Positions 39,632 through 49,547 of a stretch of 64,000 nucleotides of DNA are shown in pieces. Within the stretch, counting starts at the first letter, position 1, and the number at the start of each line of letters is the position of its first letter. A program made the position numbers and the translations under genes. A model generated the notes under the pieces. It ran no database searches. It was given only the letters and a program-made list of their open reading frames with translations, and was not told the DNA's origin. The stretch comes from Crocinitomicaceae bacterium (lineage in GTDB: Bacteria; Bacteroidota; Bacteroidia; Flavobacteriales_D; Crocinitomicaceae), in contig JAURMI010000007.1 in assembly GCA_030830785.1 (NCBI GenBank), forward strand, positions 49,383 to 113,382, in the 5' to 3' direction.

Positions 39632-40996
39632 ATGAAAAAATATTTGTTCCTCATTTTTCTTTTTCCTTTCGCTTGTTTGGGTCAATCAGAATTAAAAGTG
39701 TCTCGTCAGGCCCAATTATGTTATTCGAATTTTGATGATGTCTTTTTTGTCATAGATGATTCCACTGGGTTTTTTACCTATAATTCTAAAATAGGAAAAT
39801 GGAAACGGCATCCGTTGACCCTCGAACTAAGTGATGGCTATGTTTTTGAAGAATTTAAACGTAGGTTTTCTCCCATGGCTGTTGGAAAATCACATTATTT
39901 ATTTGTGCAAGACGGTTGTGGAATGGTATATGAGCTTAAAAATGATACCCTTAAACGCATCGATAAAAGTTTCGACCAAAGACACCAATTTTTCAGTGCC
40001 ATGTACGCCGAGGATGGGATAGCATATATGTTTGGAGGTTATGGATTGTTTACTTCGAAAAATACCCATACTTATTTTGACATCCAAACTAAGGAGTGGT
40101 ATCAAGTTCAACATAAAGGCATAGATTACCCACCAGCCCGAAATTCTCCTCTTCAGATCAAAACAAATCATGGGCTTTATGTTTTGGGTGGTTATGAGAA
40201 GCGATTAAATCAAGACATAGTCTTAAATGATATTTGGTATTTTAATTTTAAATCAAAAAAGTGGCAGTTATTGGGCCAACTTAATTCAAGTATTTTAGAG
40301 CATATTGGCAAGATTAATTTCATTCAAAATAGAGATTATCACATTTTTGCTTCAGAAAATCATTTATTTACTATCAACCCTCAAAACAATCACTTTGCTA
40401 CTTATCAGTCGAATCGATATTTTAATATTCATTCGTTAATAACTGATAAAAAAAGGGAATTTGTTTTAATTGCAAGCCATGGTACAGCTGAAGGAAAAGA
40501 AGCGTTTTTAAATGTCAAAAAACTCAAGAACATCCTTTATGGGCAACCTATAGAAGCTGAACTATTTAATTCAAATTCATGGTGGAGTAGCCTCTCCTAT
40601 GCGCAACTACTTTGGGGTTCAGTTATTTTAAATTTTCTTTTAATAATATTGGTTGTTTATATTCGAAGAGGCGTTAATAAAAATAAAACCAATCCTCGAC
40701 AAAGAATTTTGAGACGCTCTGATTTCACAGATTCTGAATGGGAAATTTTACAACTTGTTTCGAATAATAATGAATTAGAGTTGTCTTCTATAAATTCTTA
40801 TTTTGATGAGCCAGGCCTTTCCTTTGAAACGCTCAAAAAACGTAGAGAAAGTTTCATTAGAAGTTTGAGAAATAAGATGGCAAATCTTACTAATATCCAA
40901 GTCGACAAGTTATTAGTTGAAAAGAAACATACCATGGATAAACGAATGAAAATAATTTGTTGGAATAAAGAGTTATCTTTTGAATCAGAAAAGTAG
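39632..40996 (+). CDS. Kelch-repeat protein with signal peptide, one TM helix and a cytoplasmic tail (putative membrane-spanning regulator)
   Basis: YMFGGYG, PPAR, YVLGGY, NDIW Kelch motifs; TM LLWGSVILNFLLIILVVYI. Confidence 0.6.
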   Translation: MKKYLFLIFLFPFACLGQSELKVSRQAQLCYSNFDDVFFVIDDSTGFFTYNSKIGKWKRHPLTLELSDGYVFEEFKRRFSPMAVGKSHYLFVQDGCGMVYELKNDTLKRIDKSFDQRHQFFSAMYAEDGIAYMFGGYGLFTSKNTHTYFDIQTKEWYQVQHKGIDYPPARNSPLQIKTNHGLYVLGGYEKRLNQDIVLNDIWYFNFKSKKWQLLGQLNSSILEHIGKINFIQNRDYHIFASENHLFTINPQNNHFATYQSNRYFNIHSLITDKKREFVLIASHGTAEGKEAFLNVKKLKNILYGQPIEAELFNSNSWWSSLSYAQLLWGSVILNFLLIILVVYIRRGVNKNKTNPRQRILRRSDFTDSEWEILQLVSNNNELELSSINSYFDEPGLSFETLKKRRESFIRSLRNKMANLTNIQVDKLLVEKKHTMDKRMKIICWNKELSFESEK

Positions 40997-41093
40997 CATA
41001 GAGCTGCTTATTCATATTTACCTAAATTAGTTTCATAGTTATAGCACAAATTTGAGGAGGGGTTAATTCAATGAATAAGCGTAATTTTATCTC

Positions 41094-41849
41094 ATGAAGT
41101 GGCAACTTTTCTGGCTCTTTTGTCTAGTTCTCAACCTTAGGGTTGCGTCGCAGGTATCTGGTGTTGAATCATTATCAATTCCAGTTGTAGGCGTACATTA
41201 TGGCGGCGCATTTAGCGGTGGCGATTTAGCAGCACGTTATGGGTATTTCAATAGGGTTGGCTTAACGGCTGGTTATAAATTCAAAAATAATTGGAGTCTT
41301 GGTTTGGAATCTGACTTTTGGTTCTCAGATAATGTGAAATTAACGGGATTATTTGATCATTTGGTTGATGATGCAGGCAATATAACCAACGACTTAGGAT
41401 TACCTGCCTCAGTGTTGGTTTATCCACGTGGCGTTCATTGCAATGTATATTTTGGTCGCTTATTTGCTTTAAATCAAAATAATCGAAACAGTGGGATCAA
41501 TGTTCAATTAAGTGCCGGATTTTTATTGCATCATTTGAGAATAGAAACAAATGATAACGTTGTGCCTCAACTCGAGCTCGATTATAAAAAAGGATATGAT
41601 CGTTTATCGAGTGGATTAAATCTACAGCAATTTATTGGTTATTCATTCTTGAATAATCGCGGTGCTGTAAGTTTCTACAGTGGAGTATATTTTCAGCAGG
41701 GTTTAACCTACAACCGTCGCACACTTAATTATGATCAACCAAATGTTCCAGTCTCTACACAAAGACGTTTGGACCTCCAAACTGGTTTTCGAATTGGTTG
41801 GTATATCCCATTTTACTCTGCGCAACCCCGTGAATATTACTATAATTGA
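41094..41849 (+). CDS. Hypothetical outer-membrane beta-barrel protein
   Basis: Signal peptide, alternating amphipathic strands, aromatic C-terminus. Confidence 0.6.
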   Translation: MKWQLFWLFCLVLNLRVASQVSGVESLSIPVVGVHYGGAFSGGDLAARYGYFNRVGLTAGYKFKNNWSLGLESDFWFSDNVKLTGLFDHLVDDAGNITNDLGLPASVLVYPRGVHCNVYFGRLFALNQNNRNSGINVQLSAGFLLHHLRIETNDNVVPQLELDYKKGYDRLSSGLNLQQFIGYSFLNNRGAVSFYSGVYFQQGLTYNRRTLNYDQPNVPVSTQRRLDLQTGFRIGWYIPFYSAQPREYYYN

Positions 41850-43066
41850 TGCAGCTGCTCTATATTAGTTTTTTATTTTTCTATCAATTTCTTTTGAATA
41901 TTGCGCGCATATGGAATCCCAAAGCAAGGAAAATTATTAGCGGCCGAAAAGATAGTTTTAAGCGCCTTTCGAATCAAAAGAAATCAACGAGAAATAGATA
42001 TTGGTTTCATTGCGCATCTTTAGGCGAATATGATATGGCATTGCCTCTAATGGAGGCTTGTGTAAAAGCCGATCCCCAGTTAGAAGTTTATGTTAGTTTT
42101 TACTCTCCATCTGGAATGGAACATTATCATAAAAGAGGCTTTCGGCCTACCAAGGTTTTTTATATGCCTGCGGATTTTCCTTGGAAAATAAAAAAGCTTT
42201 TAATGGCAGTTGGTGCAACACGTCTGTATTTACTCAAATATGAATTTTGGCCCAATTTATTAAAGGAAGCAAAGAATCAGGGAGTTGAAATCTTATCAAT
42301 GTCTACCTTGCTGCGGCCAAGTCAAATTTATTTTAAATGGTATGGGGGCTTTTTTAAAAAGGCACTTAAGAATGTAAATTACTTTGCAGTACAAAATTCC
42401 ACAACGCAAAGCTTACTTTTAAGTGCTGGTGTGGATTCTCAAAGGATCAAGATAATTGGCGATATCAGATATAATCGTGTAGTAAGTAATAAAGTGAATG
42501 CAAAAGCCAATAGAATTATAGAACAATTTGCCCATGGACATTTGCTTTTGATTTTGGGGAGTAGTTGGCCAATAGAGGAAAAGTTGAGTGCCAAAATCCT
42601 GAAAGAAAAGAATTTAAAAATTTTAATCGCCCCACACGATCTTTCAAATTCCCACTTGATTGAGTTGAAATTGATTTTCCCCGAAGCACAATTTTATTCA
42701 CAAACAAATTCAGCAGAACTTTCAAATTCTAAGGTTCTAATTTTAGATACAATTGGTCATCTTAGCGACGCCTATCAATATGGCAATATTGCATTTGTTG
42801 GGGGTGGATTTAGTGGAAAATTACACAATATCTTAGAGCCTGCTGCCTTTGGCTTGCCCTTGCTTTTTGGCCCACAGCACCAAAAATTTCCTGAGGCACA
42901 GCAGTTTATTGATTTTGGTTATGCTCTAGAAATTCATTCTCAAAAAGAACTCAATGCCGCACTAGAATCTTTTTTAAGTAAGGGTGAGGATCTTAAAATA
43001 CGCATTCAAAGAAAAGTTTGCGACTTACAAGTGGAAATCCCGAGTCATTTTATTAGTCCTAATTGA
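41849..43066 (+). CDS. waaA: 3-deoxy-D-manno-octulosonic acid (Kdo) transferase
   Basis: WFHCASLGE, KYEFWPN, LIAPH, VGGG...HNILEPA; ATG 41849 overlaps the upstream TGA. Confidence 0.92.
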   Translation: MQLLYISFLFFYQFLLNIARIWNPKARKIISGRKDSFKRLSNQKKSTRNRYWFHCASLGEYDMALPLMEACVKADPQLEVYVSFYSPSGMEHYHKRGFRPTKVFYMPADFPWKIKKLLMAVGATRLYLLKYEFWPNLLKEAKNQGVEILSMSTLLRPSQIYFKWYGGFFKKALKNVNYFAVQNSTTQSLLLSAGVDSQRIKIIGDIRYNRVVSNKVNAKANRIIEQFAHGHLLLILGSSWPIEEKLSAKILKEKNLKILIAPHDLSNSHLIELKLIFPEAQFYSQTNSAELSNSKVLILDTIGHLSDAYQYGNIAFVGGGFSGKLHNILEPAAFGLPLLFGPQHQKFPEAQQFIDFGYALEIHSQKELNAALESFLSKGEDLKIRIQRKVCDLQVEIPSHFISPN

Positions 43067-43067
43067 T

Positions 43068-44969
43068 TTAGTAGGCCCTTACGTTTCGTTTTTCCATCCA
43101 ATTGATAAAGGCCTGATTTACCACTTTATTCCCACCAGGAGTTGGGTAATTTCCGGTAAAATACCAATCTCCCGTATGGTTAGGACAAGCAAGATGAAGA
43201 TTTTCAATACTTTGATAAATGATTTGAACCTCTGCTTTCATACCAACTGGTGTTAACATTTGGGCAATTTTATCAGATAATTCTTTCGCTGAAAATAGTG
43301 CATAAATGCCTTTAACTACATTTTTAACTTGTTCTTTAGGGAGCTCAACTTGCTCCAAAGCCAATCTATAAACCTCATCTATTAATTTGTCTTTTCCTTT
43401 TTCTTTAAGGAGCGCAATAGCCGCTTCAAATGCAATAAAATCGCCCATCTTGGCCATGTCAATTCCATAGCAATCTGGATAACGAATTTGTGGTGCTGAA
43501 GAAACAATTACAATTTTTTTTGGGCCCAAACGATCTAAAATACGCAAGATACTCTGCCGAAGAGTGGTACCTCTTACAATACTGTCATCGATTACTATTA
43601 AATTATCTAATCCGGGGCGAACTGCAGCATAGGTAATATCATAAACGTGAGCTACAAGGTCGTTGCGTGAATCATCTTGGGTAATAAATGTGCGTAGTTT
43701 AGCATCTTTGACTGCAATTTTTTCGATGCGCGCTCGCCGACTTATTATCTTGGAAATTTCAGACTCCTTTGCCGTAGTTCCTAAAGCTTTAATTTGCTTT
43801 ATCTTTTCGAGATTAAGGGCGTCTTCAATACCTTTAATCATGCCATAAAATGAAACTTCTGCAGTATTTGGAATAAAGGAAAATACGCTATTATCGTAGT
43901 CATGATCAATACTATTGAGTACTTCATCAACAATGAGCCGACCTAGTTCTTTACGTTCTTTATAAATATCTGCATCTGACCCTCTTGAAAAATAAATGCG
44001 TTCAAACGAACACTGCGTTAATTGTTTCGGTTCATTGATTTGAATTTCCTTTACAAGTCCTTTTTTCTCCAGGATAAGTGCATGGCCAGGTTTAAGTTCC
44101 TGAATTTGATCAACTTTTAAATTAAAGGTGGTTTGTATTACCGGTCGTTCAGATGCTACAACACATATTTCGTCATCTTCATACCAAAATGCTGGCCTGA
44201 TCCCGTTAGGATCTCTTAAAACAAATGCGCTCCCGTGCCCCAAAAGACCGGCCATTGTGTAGCCTCCATCCCAGCGTTCAGATGCTTTTTTAAGAATTCT
44301 TTCTAAATTAAGCTCTTCTTGAATGCGCTTGTAGATTTCAGTTTTTTCATATCCAAGGGCATTGTAATAATCGAATAATTCTTGATTTTCGACATCAAGA
44401 AAATGTCCGATTTTTTCCATTACCGTAACGGTATCTGACTTTTCTTTTGGATGTTGTCCGATTTCAACCAACACATTAAAAAGTTCATCGACATTGGTTA
44501 AATTAAAATTCCCTGCCACAACCAAATTTCGCGTCATCCAATTTGACTGTCTTAAAAATGGATGACAACTTTCAATTGAATTTCTACCGAAGGTTCCATA
44601 ACGCAGATGTCCTAAAAAAACTTCTCCAGTAAATCCCACATTTTTCTTTAGGTAGTTAGCATCATTTAACAATGCTGGATCTTCATCATATATTGCCTTG
44701 AATTTCGCATTGATTTGTTCGAAAATAACTTGTGTTGGATTTTTTTGTACTGAGCGCGTGCGAGAAATATAGCGTTCACCGGGTTGCATATTGAGCTTGA
44801 CGTTAGCAATTCCCGCACCATCCTGCCCGCGGTTGTGTTGTTTTTCCATCAATAAGTGCATCTTATTGAGACCCCAAAGGGTAGATCCGTATTTATCGAG
44901 GTAGTATTCGAGTGGTTGCTTGAGTCTTAAAAGGGCGATGCCGCACTCATGTTTGATCGGATCACTCAT
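43068..44969 (-). CDS. purF: Amidophosphoribosyltransferase
   Basis: HECGI, HNRGQDGAG, GHLRYGT, RDPNGIRP, CSFERIYF, DDSIVRGTT, YGID. Confidence 0.9.
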   Translation of the reverse strand: MSDPIKHECGIALLRLKQPLEYYLDKYGSTLWGLNKMHLLMEKQHNRGQDGAGIANVKLNMQPGERYISRTRSVQKNPTQVIFEQINAKFKAIYDEDPALLNDANYLKKNVGFTGEVFLGHLRYGTFGRNSIESCHPFLRQSNWMTRNLVVAGNFNLTNVDELFNVLVEIGQHPKEKSDTVTVMEKIGHFLDVENQELFDYYNALGYEKTEIYKRIQEELNLERILKKASERWDGGYTMAGLLGHGSAFVLRDPNGIRPAFWYEDDEICVVASERPVIQTTFNLKVDQIQELKPGHALILEKKGLVKEIQINEPKQLTQCSFERIYFSRGSDADIYKERKELGRLIVDEVLNSIDHDYDNSVFSFIPNTAEVSFYGMIKGIEDALNLEKIKQIKALGTTAKESEISKIISRRARIEKIAVKDAKLRTFITQDDSRNDLVAHVYDITYAAVRPGLDNLIVIDDSIVRGTTLRQSILRILDRLGPKKIVIVSSAPQIRYPDCYGIDMAKMGDFIAFEAAIALLKEKGKDKLIDEVYRLALEQVELPKEQVKNVVKGIYALFSAKELSDKIAQMLTPVGMKAEVQIIYQSIENLHLACPNHTGDWYFTGNYPTPGGNKVVNQAFINWMEKRNVRAY

Positions 44970-45018
44970 GGAATAGAATTTGCAAGCAAAGTTAATTTTT
45001 TATTCGTAATTTTAAGTT

Positions 45019-47247
45019 GTGGGTTTTAGTATAAAAGACATTTTGAGGTTGAACTTGGGATTTAGCAAAACAATCTACAAATTATTTAGTGCCTTATTCT
45101 TTTTTTCCAATTTAGCACAGGGCCAAATTCGCGGCATTGTATTGGGTGCCGATTCATTACAAACAAAACCGCTAAATAATGTGAAAATTTCTTTAATAGG
45201 TGCTGGCACAACGGTTTTTTCCAATATGGATGGCACATTTGAAATTTTGTTGGGGAAGCAAAGCCCCGACACACTTGTTTTTACAGCAAATGGTTTTAGG
45301 ACTGATCGACTAGTAGTTACTCGGGCAGATCGCTTTGCCGCACTACAAGTTATTTTAGTTTCAGGACAATTAGTTAAAGAAATTGTTGTCACCAAAACAA
45401 AGGATGCGCACGGTATTTCCAAATTGAAAACATTGCATGTAGAGGAACTTTCTGGCAACGAATTTCGAAAAGCGGCATGTTGTAATCTTTCTGAAGCATT
45501 TGAAACCAATGCAACAGTTGATGTGCAAATGTCAGATGCCATATCAGGTGCAAAAAAAATACAACTTTTGGGCCTTGATGCGGTTTATACACAACTTCAA
45601 TTTGAAAATATCCCATTTTTAAGAGGTCTTGAAAGTAGCTTTGGCCTTAATGTATTCCCGGGGACTTGGTTGGAATCAATTCAAATTACCAAAGGAACAG
45701 GGTCGGTTGTAAATGGTTTTGAATCAATGGCTGGCGCTATCAATTTTGAATTTAAAAAACCTGATGACTTGCCAGTTCTTGGACTAAACATCTACCAGAA
45801 TCGCTTTGGAAGAACTGAACTTAATCTACACAGCGGTCAAAAAATAGCCAAGGGATGGTACATGGGATTATTTGCTTCAGGCGCTAGTATGTATGGGAAA
45901 CAAGACCATAACATGGATGGTTTTAGAGACCAGGCCTTGAGTAATACTTTCTCAATGATGCAAAGATTTAGTTTTAACGGCCCAAAAATGGAAGCGCAAT
46001 TAGGCCTTCAGGCATATGCAGATGATAAAATTGCTGGTCAAATGAGCTTTAGCAAGCAAACTCCAAATGGATATGGGATGGCGTTGCAAAATAAACATGT
46101 TTCCATTTTTTCGAAAACAGGTTTTTTCGGTAAACAGCAGGGTCAAAGCTTGGGTTTAATTGCCAATATGAAATATCAGGATTTGAATGGGTTTTATGGC
46201 AATCGTATGTATCGTGGAACAGAAAGTCGATTTTATTTTAATTCCATATATGATGATAAATTAGGTTCTGCTAGCCACCACATAAAGTTTGGCACAAGCT
46301 TTCTAGCATTACATATTGAACAGTGGGCAAGCCAACCACAAGGCGATGAAACACTTGGTTTTTCAAGATTAGAGTTGGTACCTGGATTATTTACAGAGTA
46401 CACATATTCTGGCAATCGACTATCAGCTGTATTGGGTTCGCGCATTGATCGACATAATTTAGCAGGCACCCAATTGTCTCCTCGAATTCATTTAAAATAT
46501 GCGCTTGCACCGCAACTCGATTTCAGACTCACTGTGGGTCGTGCATGGCGTATGCCTAATTTTATTGCAGATAACTTGTCCTTGTTAGCGAGTGCTAAAA
46601 ATTGGATTGCCAATCAAGAATTAAAGCCAGAGATTTCCTGGAATACTGGCGTTTCTGTAGTGCAAGGTTTTCGATTTAACAAACGAAAGGGGAGTCTATG
46701 TTTAGATGCTTACCATACCCGTTTCAAGCAACAATTGGTAGTCGATCGTGATTCACTAAGCGGCTCGGTTATATTTAAAAATTTATCAGATTATTCAATT
46801 GCCACGGTATTTCAAGCTGAATTAGCCATAGAATTATTGCGAGGTCTTGATATCAGAATTGCATATAAATACCAGGAAGTTATGGCGCTTTACAACGGGA
46901 AATGGAAAATGCAGGTATTATTGCCTAAAGAAAGATTATTTTCAAATTTGGCATATCAGACACGAAACAAGCGTTGGAATTACGATTTAACATATTCCTA
47001 TTTTAGTGCTGTAAGACTACCGCAGCAGGGAAGTGGCATGCCATGGGGCTTACTCAATATGCAAATTTCCCGGAATTGGAAGAAACTAGAGTGTTATATT
47101 GGCGGGGAGAACCTCTTGAATTTCACGCAGGAGCAGCCCATAGTTGATGCCTCAAATCCTTTTGGTACTGATTTTGATGCTACACAAATTTGGGCCCCAA
47201 TTATGGGTTGGAATGCTTATTTTGGATTGAGATACAATTTGAAGTAG
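45019..47247 (+). CDS. TonB-dependent receptor with Cys-Cys plug motif
   Basis: N-terminal carboxypeptidase-regulatory-like domain, KAACCNLSE, IQITKG, SPRIH, ENLLN, C-terminal GLRYNL; GTG start. Confidence 0.88.
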   Translation: MGFSIKDILRLNLGFSKTIYKLFSALFFFSNLAQGQIRGIVLGADSLQTKPLNNVKISLIGAGTTVFSNMDGTFEILLGKQSPDTLVFTANGFRTDRLVVTRADRFAALQVILVSGQLVKEIVVTKTKDAHGISKLKTLHVEELSGNEFRKAACCNLSEAFETNATVDVQMSDAISGAKKIQLLGLDAVYTQLQFENIPFLRGLESSFGLNVFPGTWLESIQITKGTGSVVNGFESMAGAINFEFKKPDDLPVLGLNIYQNRFGRTELNLHSGQKIAKGWYMGLFASGASMYGKQDHNMDGFRDQALSNTFSMMQRFSFNGPKMEAQLGLQAYADDKIAGQMSFSKQTPNGYGMALQNKHVSIFSKTGFFGKQQGQSLGLIANMKYQDLNGFYGNRMYRGTESRFYFNSIYDDKLGSASHHIKFGTSFLALHIEQWASQPQGDETLGFSRLELVPGLFTEYTYSGNRLSAVLGSRIDRHNLAGTQLSPRIHLKYALAPQLDFRLTVGRAWRMPNFIADNLSLLASAKNWIANQELKPEISWNTGVSVVQGFRFNKRKGSLCLDAYHTRFKQQLVVDRDSLSGSVIFKNLSDYSIATVFQAELAIELLRGLDIRIAYKYQEVMALYNGKWKMQVLLPKERLFSNLAYQTRNKRWNYDLTYSYFSAVRLPQQGSGMPWGLLNMQISRNWKKLECYIGGENLLNFTQEQPIVDASNPFGTDFDATQIWAPIMGWNAYFGLRYNLK

Positions 47248-47304
47248 CTACAAATTATTATTTTTAAAAAAGCAAACGAACCAAAATCAATAAATCTACA
47301 TGAA

Positions 47305-47631
47305 ATGAAAAATATACTTCTTATTTTTTTCCTTGTTGTTTCCAATTCATTTATTGCACAGAAAACAGCAGGTATTGCAATTCAAACCAATGCCCAATGT
47401 GGAGATTGCAAAGAGCGTATCGAATCGGAACTTAACCAAACAAAAGGAGTCATTTATGCAGAGCTCAATTTGGAGACAAAAGTAGTTGAGATAAAATTCC
47501 GACCGAGTAAAATAGACCCCGTTGCACTATTTAAAGTTATTACTTCTTTAGGATACAATGCAGACGAACAAATGGCAGATCCTTCGGCCCAAAAAGCCCT
47601 CCCGCTATGCTGCCAGCCTGGTGGGCATTAA
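47305..47631 (+). CDS. Exported heavy-metal-associated (HMA) domain protein
   Basis: Signal peptide, CGDC, GY turn, LPLCCQ tail. Confidence 0.85.
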   Translation: MKNILLIFFLVVSNSFIAQKTAGIAIQTNAQCGDCKERIESELNQTKGVIYAELNLETKVVEIKFRPSKIDPVALFKVITSLGYNADEQMADPSAQKALPLCCQPGGH

Positions 47632-47632
47632 C

Positions 47633-48526
47633 TTAAGGTTCTAATTTATAGGATAGCCCAATACCAATTACTGACTTAAATTGTGTTCGTGGTCCTATAT
47701 TTCCGTTAGTATCTTTAATCTTAATATCATCGTCATAAAGTAGGTTCCATTGTGCAGAAGCCGAAACCAAAGAGTTGACCCTGAATAATAAGATGAGTTC
47801 TGCGTTTATATCGATGTTTTGCGGTTTATTCAAATAATTACTGAATAATTCCAATTTTGATTTCATTTCAATGTTTTTTGCCAAAGTTGTGTTGTATTTT
47901 ACCTTCAAATATGCGCCGTACTCTTGCCTAAATCGGGTTCCTGGATTCACCCCAAAAGAACCTTTGGCACTTAATGAATCGTCAAAAACAAAAGTTGATT
48001 TCAAGGCTACTGAAGAAAAGAATACATTAAAACTGTCCGACTTTCTAAAGTCTGCACCTATGGCAAGATTCAGATATCCAGGAGCCATAAAGCTAGATAC
48101 AGGGATGGAATCATTTGGATAGGCATAGCCGTTTATACTTTGAGTTCTAAATGATGTAGCGACTGTCAAGAAAAAGCCTTTTGATAGTTGCATTCCAAAG
48201 GAGCTAGAAAGCTCCAATCGATCGTCGGTTTTTTGAGCTGCAATACCCTTGTTATCAAAATATTTAATCCCACCTAGAGCGAAATTAACATCATTTGCCC
48301 ATTTGATATTTTCTTTTGTATAATAAGCAGAGGCATTCAGTGAACCAATCAGTGAAATATTATTTCGTCCACCTGCATTCCAATTAACAAATGAAGTTTG
48401 TGTACCACTTAATGAATACAAAGATTTAAATTTCCAATGAGCGGTGCTGTCTTGCCCCAAAACTAAGAGATGGGAAAAGAATATAAACATTAGACCAAAA
48501 AAAGTGTTTTTTTGTAACGTCGACAT
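47633..48526 (-). CDS. DUF3078 family outer-membrane protein
   Basis: QTSFVNWNAGG, KTDDRLE, FMAPGY, LFSNYL, LLYDDDI. Confidence 0.8.
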   Translation of the reverse strand: MSTLQKNTFFGLMFIFFSHLLVLGQDSTAHWKFKSLYSLSGTQTSFVNWNAGGRNNISLIGSLNASAYYTKENIKWANDVNFALGGIKYFDNKGIAAQKTDDRLELSSSFGMQLSKGFFLTVATSFRTQSINGYAYPNDSIPVSSFMAPGYLNLAIGADFRKSDSFNVFFSSVALKSTFVFDDSLSAKGSFGVNPGTRFRQEYGAYLKVKYNTTLAKNIEMKSKLELFSNYLNKPQNIDINAELILLFRVNSLVSASAQWNLLYDDDIKIKDTNGNIGPRTQFKSVIGIGLSYKLEP

Positions 48527-48542
48527 TTAGTTTACAAAAATA

Positions 48543-49520
48543 ATGCGTTTTCTTAGCTTTAAGTATCTGTATTTAAATCTATTTATTGTTCCTTTTGGAG
48601 GATTTGGTCAAAGCCCGATAGATTATAGCAACAACCTTAACTGGGCAGCCCTACCAAATCAGATGCCCGAAATGCTGGCAATTCACTGCATCGATACCTT
48701 GTTGTGGTCAAAGGCAGACGTTTTTTATGTATATCCAACCCTCAACACAAAAAATAGCGATAAGCGTTGGAATGTGCCTATAGATGACATAGAGCAGCGC
48801 AACAAAGTCCAAGAAATAGCCTTGCCTTATCAAGCGAGTGCTTTTGTGGAAGCAGGCCGGTTTTATTGCCCATATTACCAATCTGCTCATATTCGGGCTT
48901 ACGATGGCGATGATCTACGAGGCGAAGAGGCACTGGGTTTGGCATACCAAGATGTGCGCGCTGCATTTTTATATTATCTCGAACATTACAATCAAGGGCG
49001 TCCAATTATTATTGCGTCACACAGTCAAGGCAGCACCCATTGCGGGAGGTTATTACAAGAGTTTTTTGACGGTAAAACACTACAAAATCAACTCATCGCC
49101 GCTTATCTGCCCGGAATTGGAATTCTTGCTTCGGATTTGAAAGAAATTCCACTTTTGACCTATCCAGAACAAACAGGGGGGTACCTCACTTGGAATACAT
49201 TTAAAAAACATATTGATCAGAATACTTATGTTAAATGGTATAAAGGAAGAGAAGTAATTAATCCGGTTACTTGGAATACTGAAACTTATGCTGAAAAAAA
49301 AAGACATAAAGGCTTGTTATATTACGACAATCGAATTTATTCTCAACTTTTTGCAACACATATGATTGATGGTGCTATTTGGATTGAAAGGCCTAAAGGA
49401 AAGTTTTTTTTAATGAGTTTATGGATGCGAAATTACCATATTGGAGATATCAATCTTTTTTGGCAGGATATTCATGATAATGTCAAATTGAGGACTGAAC
49501 TTTTCCATGAAAATAAGTAA
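48543..49520 (+). CDS. DUF3089 family alpha/beta hydrolase
   Basis: NWAALP, ADVFYVYPT, AYQDVRAAF, SHSQG nucleophile elbow, NYHIGD. Confidence 0.82.
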   Translation: MRFLSFKYLYLNLFIVPFGGFGQSPIDYSNNLNWAALPNQMPEMLAIHCIDTLLWSKADVFYVYPTLNTKNSDKRWNVPIDDIEQRNKVQEIALPYQASAFVEAGRFYCPYYQSAHIRAYDGDDLRGEEALGLAYQDVRAAFLYYLEHYNQGRPIIIASHSQGSTHCGRLLQEFFDGKTLQNQLIAAYLPGIGILASDLKEIPLLTYPEQTGGYLTWNTFKKHIDQNTYVKWYKGREVINPVTWNTETYAEKKRHKGLLYYDNRIYSQLFATHMIDGAIWIERPKGKFFLMSLWMRNYHIGDINLFWQDIHDNVKLRTELFHENK

Positions 49521-49525
49521 TTTTG
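49518..49525 (+). promoter_or_regulatory. -7 element TAATTTTG for gcvP, overlapping the upstream TAA stop
   Basis: Exact TAnnTTTG match 22 nt before the ATG. Confidence 0.55.
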
Positions 49526-49547
49526 TAGACCCAAAATTTTTTAATAA

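Noticed and set aside
45075..45542. 155-aa antisense ORF, and the many other 60-130 aa ORFs nested in large genes (e.g. 6960-7358)
   Set aside because: Fully contained in well-supported CDSs with no recognisable motifs; expected shadow ORFs
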